Source of the DNA: Bacteroidota bacterium
GTDB taxonomy: Bacteria > Bacteroidota > Bacteroidia > Bacteroidales > FEN-979
DNA length: 64,000 bases
Direction of reading: 5' to 3'
NCBI GenBank assembly: GCA_037134895.1
Contig: JBAXLI010000006.1
Coordinates: 38,812 to 102,811 of the forward strand
Numbering within the stretch: the first letter of the stretch is position 1; each line of letters opens with the position of its first letter. The position numbers and the translations under genes are program-made. Below the pieces are notes generated by a model. That model was not told where the DNA came from and ran no database searches. It saw nothing but the letters and a program-made list of their open reading frames with translations. This document shows positions 27,769 through 36,340 of the stretch, piece by piece.

Positions 27769-30744
27769 TTACAACGACATATTAACACCTAATACAAACA
27801 CCCTCGACCTGGGATACATATTGTTGTCAATTCCCATTGAAGAACCGAGATTGACTTCAGGATCAAGACCCTTGTACTTTGTAATTGTGAACACATTGTT
27901 AACAGTGAATGAAACTCTGACATTCAGCTTATCACCGATAACAGTTCCGAAATCATAAGCGAGGGACAGGAAGTCGAGTTTGAAGAACGAAGCGTTCTGT
28001 ACGTAGTAATCTGACAGATACTGCTGGTTATTGAAATTTGTATTTGAAACGGATGAAGCGACGTTACTCAGGTAAGGTCCTTCAGGACGGAAGATATTTG
28101 CATAAACTCCCCTGTTTGCTTCAACGTTATTATACATATAGTTCCCCACATTGGCATGTCCGCTGGCTGCCAGTGACCATTTTTTATATGAAAGCCTGGT
28201 GTTTATACCGAAGGTATATATAGGATTCGGGCTCTTGTAACAATACCTGTCGGCATCGTTGATTTTACCGTCTCCGTTCCTGTCAACATATAACCCTTCT
28301 ACCGGGCTGCCGTTGGCATCGTACACCTGCTGGTATACATAGAATGAATTGGCCGGATTGCCTACCCTTTGTATCTGTACGGTATTACCAACACCCCCGC
28401 TGATACCTCCAACCATGACTCCAGGATAATTCGGGTCATCTGAAATGTTAAGCTTGGTGATTTCGTTCTTATAATAGGTGGCATTGAAACCGATATCCCA
28501 GATCCAGTTCTTGTTCACGATGGGCTTGGCATCAATCATAAACTCAAAGCCTGAATACTTCATGCTGCCTACATTAGTCCATACATAATTGGAAAGGTTC
28601 GTACCTGCAGGCACAGGGATGAAGTTGATCATATCCGCTGTTGATTTGTAAAAATAGTCAGCTGAAGCAGTGATCCTGTCTTTGAGGAAACCAAGGTCCA
28701 GACCGACATTCCATGTAGTCTGTGTCTCCCACTTGATATTGGGATCGTACGCATCCGGACGAAGAGTGACATACCACATGTTTCCAAACTGGTACATTGA
28801 AAACCTGTCACTTGCTGTATAAATTGGCAGGTAAGGATACCAGTTTGCCCCTATGTCCTGCTGACCTGTTTGTCCCCAGCCAAGTCTTAGTTTCAGAAGT
28901 GAAACTGCCTTGTTATCCCTCAGGAATTTTTCGTCGCTGATCTTCCAGCCTAAAGCAACCGAGGGAAATAAACCCCAGCGTGTACTCTTTGAGAACCTGG
29001 AAGAACCGTCGTCACGAAGAGTAGCTGTTAACAAGTACCTGTTAAAAAGGGTATAGTTGAAACGTCCGTAAAAAGATACAAGATAATTTTCCTGTTTTAC
29101 GATGATGGTATTGGCGTGGGCAGAATCATGAGGTACATTATTGTTGTAACTGTTGTTGTTCACCCAGAAATGCTGCCATGAATAACCTGCCATGACATCA
29201 AATTTGCTGGCAATACTCTTCACGTCCTTTACATAATTCAGGTAAAAATCGAGAAGAGTGTTTTTCTTTTGTTGATCATAAGTGTTATCCTGGCCTTTGT
29301 TCGTGTATTGCCATGTAGCATATGTGGGAACATAATTTGATCCCTTGCTCCATGAATAATCCATACCCAGGTTAAGGTTAACTCTCAGGTCAGGCAAAAA
29401 ATGCAGTTTATAATCAAACGTTGCATTGCCAAGGAACCTGTTTACACGGGATGTGTTATTGGTGAGATTTAATCTTGCAACAGGGTTTGTGGTTGCCTGA
29501 CCTACAGGCTGGCCGTTTGGCTGAAGCCATGCCCAATAATCAAAATAAGAGTTATTGGCAAGAACCGGCTGTGTGGGGTCGAAAGCGATAGCGTCTCCGA
29601 TTGCAGCCTGGTCAGCAAACCTGTTCTTTTCGAACATATACTTTGCATTGATCCCGATTTTGAGATAATTCTTGAAGAATGTCGGGTTCAGGGTTACACC
29701 TACCGAAGTCCTCTGCATATTGTCGGTATGGATCGTTCCATTCTGGTTATAATAGCCTACTGATACACGGTAAGGCATTGTGCTCACTGCTCCGGTCAGC
29801 GCAAGGTTCTGATCTGTCCCTGAAGCTGAATTGAAGATCTGCTTCTGCCAGTTGGTATTTGCATCGCCAAGCAGAGTATCAACATCCGGGCGGTTAGGAT
29901 ATCTCTGTTTTACGAGAGCTCTGAAATCATCGCCTGTAAGAACGCCGATAGTTTTGGGAACCGTGTAAATCGACACATTGCCCGAATATTCAAGACCGAT
30001 CTTCTTTGAACCGGCAACTCCTTTCTTTGTAGTGATGATGATAACCCCGTTGGATGCCCGTGAACCGTAGATGGCGGTTGCTGATGCATCCTTCAGAATA
30101 GTATAGGTTTCAATATCATCAGGGTTTAACATACCCAATGTTCCGCGGGCACCTGAAGTGGAGGCGTTGTCAATGGCAACCCCGTCAACAACAAGTAAAG
30201 GATCATTATTGGCATTGATGGATGAACCACCCCTGATACGGATGATAGCATCACCACCAGGAGCACCACCGGTCGTTGTAACCTGAACACCGGCAATTTT
30301 CCCTATGATCAACTGCTGTGGCGATGAAATAGCTCCCTGGTTAAAATCTTTTTTGTCAAGAGCGGCAACGGCACCGGTAGCATCCTGCTTTTTAACCGAA
30401 CCGTAACCAATTACAACAACTTCATTGAGACTTTTTGTCCCAACTGATAAAGATACATCCAGAGTCTGTTTCTCAGCTACCGTTATTTCCTGTGTCTCAT
30501 AACCGACATAGGAATAAACAAGTACTGCACCTTTCTTTACTTTCAGGGAGTATTTCCCGTCCATGTCGGTAACAGTGCCCGTCGTTGTTGATTTAACTAC
30601 GATCGTTACCCCGGGGAGCAAGGTCCCATCTGTCGCATCTGTTACTTTACCTGATACCGTAAACTCCTGGGCGTAAGCCATCGAGGCTGTTGCCAGGGAG
30701 AAGAAAAGAATCAGATAACGCAACCAAAGTACACGTTTCTTCAT
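27769..30744 (-). CDS. SusC-like TonB-dependent outer-membrane transporter
   Basis: Signal peptide. Carboxypeptidase-regulatory-like domain (VSGKVTDATDGTLLPGVTIVVKSTTTGTVTDMDGKYSL). Plug domain (VVVIGYGSVKKQDATGAV...GAPGGDAIIRIRGGSS). A ~800-aa beta-barrel. Paired with the susD-like gene 20 nt downstream. Confidence 0.92.
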   Translation of the reverse strand: MKKRVLWLRYLILFFSLATASMAYAQEFTVSGKVTDATDGTLLPGVTIVVKSTTTGTVTDMDGKYSLKVKKGAVLVYSYVGYETQEITVAEKQTLDVSLSVGTKSLNEVVVIGYGSVKKQDATGAVAALDKKDFNQGAISSPQQLIIGKIAGVQVTTTGGAPGGDAIIRIRGGSSINANNDPLLVVDGVAIDNASTSGARGTLGMLNPDDIETYTILKDASATAIYGSRASNGVIIITTKKGVAGSKKIGLEYSGNVSIYTVPKTIGVLTGDDFRALVKQRYPNRPDVDTLLGDANTNWQKQIFNSASGTDQNLALTGAVSTMPYRVSVGYYNQNGTIHTDNMQRTSVGVTLNPTFFKNYLKIGINAKYMFEKNRFADQAAIGDAIAFDPTQPVLANNSYFDYWAWLQPNGQPVGQATTNPVARLNLTNNTSRVNRFLGNATFDYKLHFLPDLRVNLNLGMDYSWSKGSNYVPTYATWQYTNKGQDNTYDQQKKNTLLDFYLNYVKDVKSIASKFDVMAGYSWQHFWVNNNSYNNNVPHDSAHANTIIVKQENYLVSFYGRFNYTLFNRYLLTATLRDDGSSRFSKSTRWGLFPSVALGWKISDEKFLRDNKAVSLLKLRLGWGQTGQQDIGANWYPYLPIYTASDRFSMYQFGNMWYVTLRPDAYDPNIKWETQTTWNVGLDLGFLKDRITASADYFYKSTADMINFIPVPAGTNLSNYVWTNVGSMKYSGFEFMIDAKPIVNKNWIWDIGFNATYYKNEITKLNISDDPNYPGVMVGGISGGVGNTVQIQRVGNPANSFYVYQQVYDANGSPVEGLYVDRNGDGKINDADRYCYKSPNPIYTFGINTRLSYKKWSLAASGHANVGNYMYNNVEANRGVYANIFRPEGPYLSNVASSVSNTNFNNQQYLSDYYVQNASFFKLDFLSLAYDFGTVIGDKLNVRVSFTVNNVFTITKYKGLDPEVNLGSSMGIDNNMYPRSRVFVLGVNMSL

Positions 30745-30977
30745 AGAGTTAATTTTAAATTGTTTGTTATTCCGTTAATTGATTTTATACCTAGTTAATA
30801 TGTAATTATGGTATTTGAATGCAGAATTAAGAAAAAAATGGTTACGGTCATCCTTTTTTTCACAAAAAATGATAAAAAATTCAAAATATCAATTTAGACT
30901 AAAACTAAATTACGGATATCAACTGCAATAGTAAGTGTATTAAGCTAAACAAGAGACCGGAATTGATGTGCATATGT

Positions 30978-30985
30978 TAACTTTG
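30978..30985 (+). promoter_or_regulatory. candidate -7 box TAACTTTG (TAnnTTTG)
   Basis: Exact consensus match 21 nt upstream of ATG 31006, in a 260-bp AT-rich divergent region between susC and the 947-aa GH13 gene. Confidence 0.4.
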
Positions 30986-31005
30986 CAATCAGCAATATAG
31001 ATTTT

Positions 31006-33849
31006 ATGAAAACTTTAAAGATATTTCTTTCTGTTATGGTGATGTGCTTTCTGAATCTAACCTCAGTTCATGCCCAGACAGTGGTAACTGTTCCTCTTTA
31101 TCCCACCGACCTGGACTCATGCACCATCTTGTTTGATGCCAGCAAAGGCAGTGCAGGGCTTATGAATACAACACCTCCCATTTACGCTCATACAGGCGTG
31201 ATCACCAACCTGAGTACATCCACAACAGACTGGAAGTATGTGATCGCAGGATGGGGAGAAAATACGCCCAAGGCGATGATGACACCCCTGGGCAATAACA
31301 TGTACCAGCTTAAACTGAAACCCAGCATCAGGGTATTTTACGGAGTACCTGCCGGTGAGACGATCCTTAAACTCGCCTTTGTGTTCAGGAACTCCGACGG
31401 TTCAAAAACAGGAAAGGAAGCAGACGGGAGCGATATTTTCGCCAATGTGTACCCTGCTAAAACCAGCGTCACAATAAATCTTCCCGCCAACAAAAACCTC
31501 TACCTGAACCAGTTGAGCAGCATCCCCGTGAATGCAACAGGCCCGCTTGCCGACAGCATGAAGTTATTTGTTAACGGGACCCTTATGAAAGCAGTAGCCG
31601 GCAAAATTCTTGAAGATACGGTTTACGCAAACAATTTCGGACAAAACTGGGTGAAACGCTGGGTAAAAATCATTGCCAAGAACGATACAGCGTCTGCAGC
31701 CGATTCCTTCTGTTATACTGTGATCACAGCTCCTGTTACTGCAGATCTCCCTGCTGGAATAAAGCCCGGTATCAATTATGCCGATTCAACCACCACCGTT
31801 TTATGCCTGTATGCCCCGGGCAAACAAAATTGCTTTGCAATCGGCGACTTCAGCAACTGGGACCAGGATTCATTGCACTACATGTACAAGACTCCCGATA
31901 ACAACTACTTCTGGATACAGCTGAACAACCTCGTTCCCCGCAGAGAATACATCTTCCAGTATCTTGTCGACGGCAACCTGAAGATCGGGGATCCTTTCTG
32001 TGACAAAGTAAGCGACCCCAACGACCAGTATATACCGGCAGCCTCCTACCCTGATCTTATCCCTTACCCTGCAGGAAAAACAACCGGCATCGCCAGCGTC
32101 CTTCAGACCGCACAGGTCCCCTATTCCTGGGCATCGTCACCTTTCACCCCTCCTGCAACAGCCGACCTTGTTGTATATGAACTCCTGGTCAGGGATTTTA
32201 CGGATGCACGCACTTTCACTGCCGTGATCGACACACTGAATTACCTGAGGAACCTTGGCATCAATGCCATTGAACTGATGCCTGTAATGGAATTCGAGGG
32301 CAACATCAGCTGGGGATACAATCCCGATTTTTCCTTCGCCGTCGACAAATACTACGGCCCCAAGAATACACTCAAACAGCTCATCGATGCTGCACATTCA
32401 AAAGGGATTGCAATTATCCTCGATATCGTCTGCAATCACCATTTTGGCTCCTCCCCTCTTGTAAGGCTTTACTGGGATGACCAGTACCAGAGGCCTGCTG
32501 CGGATAATCCTTGGTTCAACCCCATCCCAAAGCATCCTTATAATGTGGGATATGATTTCAACCACAACTCACCTGCCACACGTTCCTATATGCTCCGGCT
32601 TCTGAAATACTGGCTGCAGGAATACCATATTGACGGATACAGGTTTGACCTCTCCAAAGGATTTACCCAGGTCAATTCCTACCCTGACAATGTCAGCCTC
32701 TGGGGGCAGTATGACCAGAACCGTATTAACATCCTTAACATCTATGCCGACACCGTCAAGGCTGTAAATCCATCAGCATATTTTATCCTTGAGCACTTTG
32801 CCGATAACAGCGAGGAAAAAGTCCTTGCCAATGACGGAATGATGCTGTGGGGGAACGGAAACAATAATTATAACAGCGCCTCCGGCGGATGGACAAGCGG
32901 CGGTGCTTCCGACCTGAACTGGGGTTCTTACAAGAACCGGGGCTGGGACCAGCCCAATATCATGTGGTATATGGAAAGCCATGATGAAGAGCGCCAGATG
33001 TTCAAGGATTACAGCGCAGGCAATGCAAGCAAACCTCCCTACAATCCCAAGGACACCGCAACAGCTCTTCAGCGCGGGGCCTTATGCGCAAACTTCTTCT
33101 TTACCATACCCGGGCCCAAACTGATATGGGAATTCGGAGAGCTGGGATACGATTACTCCATCAATTATCCCACCGGCACCTCTGCCTCCCGCCTTGATCC
33201 GAAACCGGTCCGCTGGAACTATTATTCACAGTGGGGAAGAAAATATCTTTTCAATGTGTATCACTCGCTTATTGAACTGAAGAAAACCCTGCCGGCATTT
33301 AAAACAACCTCATTTACTGTCGACCTGTCCTCTGCCATAAAACGCATAGCACTTACCGATCCCTCTATGGATGCAGTAGTCCTCGGGAACTTCGACGTGG
33401 TTGCCAGGAGCATAGTCCCGAACTTTACAAAAACCGGGACCTGGTACGAGTTTTACACAGGAGATTCACTTTCTGTATCAGACGTCGCTTCTGCTCTTGC
33501 CTTTACCCCTGGCGAATACAGGTTGTATACCACGACCCGTCTGCCAAAACCAGTATTTACAGGCATCAGCGAAACTCTGCCCGGAAGACCTGTATGCCAG
33601 CTCAGGGTTTTCCCTAACCCATCTGACGGACCTGTTACTTTTGAAGTGACATGCACTTCGGCGGTCAGCGCGAAACTCTTAATTTTCGACCTCAGCGGAA
33701 GAATGGAGGGTAACGTTTTTGAAGGCAGGCTCGGGCAGGGCATACATGAACTCAAGTGGGGTTCAGCCCCGGGACTTAAACCCGGCCTCTACTTTTTCAG
33801 GCTTATATCATCTGAGGGGAATACCACCGGCAAATTCATAATACTATAG
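31006..33849 (+). CDS. T9SS-secreted multidomain GH13 alpha-amylase-family enzyme
   Basis: Signal peptide. About 380 aa of N-terminal beta-sandwich domains. GH13 regions DIVCNHHF, DGYRFDLSKG, ILEHFA, MESHDEER. C-terminal T9SS sorting domain (RVFPNPSDGPVTFEV...LLIFDLSGRM...GLYFFRLISSEGNTTGKFIIL). Confidence 0.85.
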   Translation: MKTLKIFLSVMVMCFLNLTSVHAQTVVTVPLYPTDLDSCTILFDASKGSAGLMNTTPPIYAHTGVITNLSTSTTDWKYVIAGWGENTPKAMMTPLGNNMYQLKLKPSIRVFYGVPAGETILKLAFVFRNSDGSKTGKEADGSDIFANVYPAKTSVTINLPANKNLYLNQLSSIPVNATGPLADSMKLFVNGTLMKAVAGKILEDTVYANNFGQNWVKRWVKIIAKNDTASAADSFCYTVITAPVTADLPAGIKPGINYADSTTTVLCLYAPGKQNCFAIGDFSNWDQDSLHYMYKTPDNNYFWIQLNNLVPRREYIFQYLVDGNLKIGDPFCDKVSDPNDQYIPAASYPDLIPYPAGKTTGIASVLQTAQVPYSWASSPFTPPATADLVVYELLVRDFTDARTFTAVIDTLNYLRNLGINAIELMPVMEFEGNISWGYNPDFSFAVDKYYGPKNTLKQLIDAAHSKGIAIILDIVCNHHFGSSPLVRLYWDDQYQRPAADNPWFNPIPKHPYNVGYDFNHNSPATRSYMLRLLKYWLQEYHIDGYRFDLSKGFTQVNSYPDNVSLWGQYDQNRINILNIYADTVKAVNPSAYFILEHFADNSEEKVLANDGMMLWGNGNNNYNSASGGWTSGGASDLNWGSYKNRGWDQPNIMWYMESHDEERQMFKDYSAGNASKPPYNPKDTATALQRGALCANFFFTIPGPKLIWEFGELGYDYSINYPTGTSASRLDPKPVRWNYYSQWGRKYLFNVYHSLIELKKTLPAFKTTSFTVDLSSAIKRIALTDPSMDAVVLGNFDVVARSIVPNFTKTGTWYEFYTGDSLSVSDVASALAFTPGEYRLYTTTRLPKPVFTGISETLPGRPVCQLRVFPNPSDGPVTFEVTCTSAVSAKLLIFDLSGRMEGNVFEGRLGQGIHELKWGSAPGLKPGLYFFRLISSEGNTTGKFIIL

Positions 33850-33932
33850 AATTCTTAAACCGGCCTGCGCACTAAAAGGCTGCCGCAAGCGTTAATTTTT
33901 TATCTTTGCAACGCAATCCGGCATTACCTGAA

Positions 33933-35528
33933 ATGAAAAAACCGTTTTTAATTCTCTTCTCTGCACTGGTCCTGGCATTATCCCTGTTGAATTGCCCGAA
34001 AGCAACTGCAGCGACTGACACAGTTTTTGTGTTATCCCTGGAGGTCAATATGACCAAAGCTATACAAACCGGCATTTTCGACCCTTCCCTCGACAGACTG
34101 TATGTCGTGTTCGACAGTCTTCTTGGTGTGGAGCAGCTGGTCAATTCAGGGCATAACAAGTTTACACTTCTTCTTTCTGATGGCATTGATTCCGGAGCCG
34201 TTTACAACTTCCACTTCCAGATCAATGATTTCATTACCGAAACCCTCAGCCGTCAGATTAAGATACAACATGGTATCAATTCTTATAAATACTGGTGGAA
34301 TAACGATTACCTGAATTACTCCTGGTTCCAGGTCGATATGAGCTATATGGTACAGCAGCATGTATTCAGGCCCGATACTGATTATGTGGATATGGTTGGC
34401 AGCATGAACAACTTCCAGGGGTCACCGCAATTCACAAGGATTGGAACAACTTACGTATACCAGACTATGTACAACCTCGACCCGGGGACTACTTCAGCAT
34501 TCAAATTCAGGATCAACGGGGATTCGAACAAGGTTGAGCTGAAAGGCAAACCCAGCAGGTTTTTCCTTGCCCCCGACAGTGTCATCCACATGCTTTACTG
34601 GTTTAACAATTACAATACAGCAAAGATTCCCATGCAGTTTTACTGCGATATGAGTTATATGACCAGAGCCGGCCACTTCAACAGGCAGTACGATCATGTG
34701 GATGTTGCCGGTTCATTTAACGACGCAGGGGCGTATGATATCCTGTACGATTACGACAAAGACAGTATTTATACCGCCACTGTCCTGATCGACACGAGCT
34801 ACATCCGCCAAAACCCGATAACTTTCAAATACCGCATCAACAGTTCATGGTTAACTGCCGAACTCGAGGGGAAGCCTTTCCGAACCTATATCCTGCACGA
34901 CACGGCCCAGGGCCCCGATATTGACACTTCCTGGTACAATAACTGGAACCCTGCGATTCCCACTCCCCCGATCGTTTCAAATGTGGCAATCCAGGGCAGG
35001 TATATTTTCAACCAGGTGATCACAGGGATTTACTCTTATGAGAACATCAACGGCATCCCGGAAGGAAAAAGCACATATCAATGGTACCGAAGCGCCGATT
35101 CACTGGGAACCACGCTGACGCCTATTGATACAGCCATACATATTACTTATACAATCGACACGAACAGCATTCATCAATGGCTTGTTTTCGAAGTCACTCC
35201 GATTGCCGTAAGCGGTGATTCAGCGATTGGCAAACCTGTCAGAGTCGTCACTCAAACATCCATTGGCTACACCGGGATTGACGACAAAGACAATCTGATC
35301 TCGCTGGTTTATCCTAACCCATGCAACGACAGGCTTCTGATCGAAGGGCGAGCTGATATCCGCAGAGTAGAATTATATGACCTGACGGGACGGCTGGTCT
35401 TCATATCCGACGGGATCAACTCGAGGAAAACCCTTATAAACCCAAGCGCACTATTGCCTGGTGTTTACATTCTCAAAGCCAGCGGAAAAAACAACGAGAA
35501 CGGCTGGAACAGGATTGTAAGACAATAA
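33933..35528 (+). CDS. T9SS-secreted protein with repeated beta-sandwich (putative carbohydrate-binding) modules
   Basis: I prefer the start at 33933 (MKKPFLILFSALVLALSLLNC). Three related modules are present (YNFHFQINDF..., FKFRINGDSNKVELKGKPSRFF, ITFKYRINSSWLTAELEGKPFRTY). T9SS CTD: LVYPNPCNDRLLIEG...VELYDLTGRLV...GVYILKASG. No catalytic motif recognised. Confidence 0.6.
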   Translation: MKKPFLILFSALVLALSLLNCPKATAATDTVFVLSLEVNMTKAIQTGIFDPSLDRLYVVFDSLLGVEQLVNSGHNKFTLLLSDGIDSGAVYNFHFQINDFITETLSRQIKIQHGINSYKYWWNNDYLNYSWFQVDMSYMVQQHVFRPDTDYVDMVGSMNNFQGSPQFTRIGTTYVYQTMYNLDPGTTSAFKFRINGDSNKVELKGKPSRFFLAPDSVIHMLYWFNNYNTAKIPMQFYCDMSYMTRAGHFNRQYDHVDVAGSFNDAGAYDILYDYDKDSIYTATVLIDTSYIRQNPITFKYRINSSWLTAELEGKPFRTYILHDTAQGPDIDTSWYNNWNPAIPTPPIVSNVAIQGRYIFNQVITGIYSYENINGIPEGKSTYQWYRSADSLGTTLTPIDTAIHITYTIDTNSIHQWLVFEVTPIAVSGDSAIGKPVRVVTQTSIGYTGIDDKDNLISLVYPNPCNDRLLIEGRADIRRVELYDLTGRLVFISDGINSRKTLINPSALLPGVYILKASGKNNENGWNRIVRQ

Positions 35529-35542
35529 ATCAATCCGTTTTC

Positions 35543-36283
35543 TCAGGGCTTCAGAAGAAAGTCCATTGGGGCGCCTTCTTCGAGTTCAACAGCTTCCTTC
35601 CCATAACGGAATACCCTTAGCGGCCGGTGCCCTTTAAGCTCAATAGAATTTCCTTCGATCCAGAACAGACATCCCTCGCGCAAGCCTGCAACGGTCACAT
35701 CCCTGTTTACCGCCAGAAATTCAAGTATTCTCTGCTCCCTTGTTTCCCCGGCATGGCCCTGGGGATTGGCGTCAAGGTAATGTGGATTTATCTGGAATGG
35801 CACCAGGTCGAGACAACTGAACGACTGTGGTTCCGAAACTGGCATATCGTTGGTCGTTTTCATGCTTGGGCAGGCCACATTGGCGCCGGCACTCCATCCG
35901 ACATAAGGGATTCCAAGTCTTACCTGCTCCTTTATGATTTGCATTATGCCGGTTTCATGCATCATTTTTACAAGATGGAAAGTGTTTCCTCCTCCAACTA
36001 CAATACATTCGGCTTTTTTCACCGACTGCCTGGGATCATCTGAATGATGAACAGAAACCAGTTCGGTGCCAAACTCAGTGAATATACCCTTCACCTTTTC
36101 CTCATAGGCATCATAAGACTCCTTCAACCCACGGGTATCAATGTTGATACCTGCGTAGGGGATGAAGAGCACAGACCGTACCGAGAATTTTTTCAGGAAG
36201 TTGGAAATGTAGGGCCGGGGCCAGCCGAGGTATGTTTCGCCGGCGTTGGTTGAGTTGCTCAGGAGAAGCAGTTTTCTTGTCAT
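35543..36283 (-). CDS. pepE: dipeptidase E (peptidase S51, alpha-aspartyl dipeptidase)
   Basis: MTRKLLLLSNSTNAGETYLGW N-terminus, VVGGGNTFHL, and the nucleophile block YVGWSAGAN. The size is typical (246 aa). Confidence 0.85.
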   Translation of the reverse strand: MTRKLLLLSNSTNAGETYLGWPRPYISNFLKKFSVRSVLFIPYAGINIDTRGLKESYDAYEEKVKGIFTEFGTELVSVHHSDDPRQSVKKAECIVVGGGNTFHLVKMMHETGIMQIIKEQVRLGIPYVGWSAGANVACPSMKTTNDMPVSEPQSFSCLDLVPFQINPHYLDANPQGHAGETREQRILEFLAVNRDVTVAGLREGCLFWIEGNSIELKGHRPLRVFRYGKEAVELEEGAPMDFLLKP

Positions 36284-36340
36284 GTTGAAAAATTTGTGAC
36301 GTAAAAATAATCCAATTTATTCAGCAGATGCCTTTCAGAT

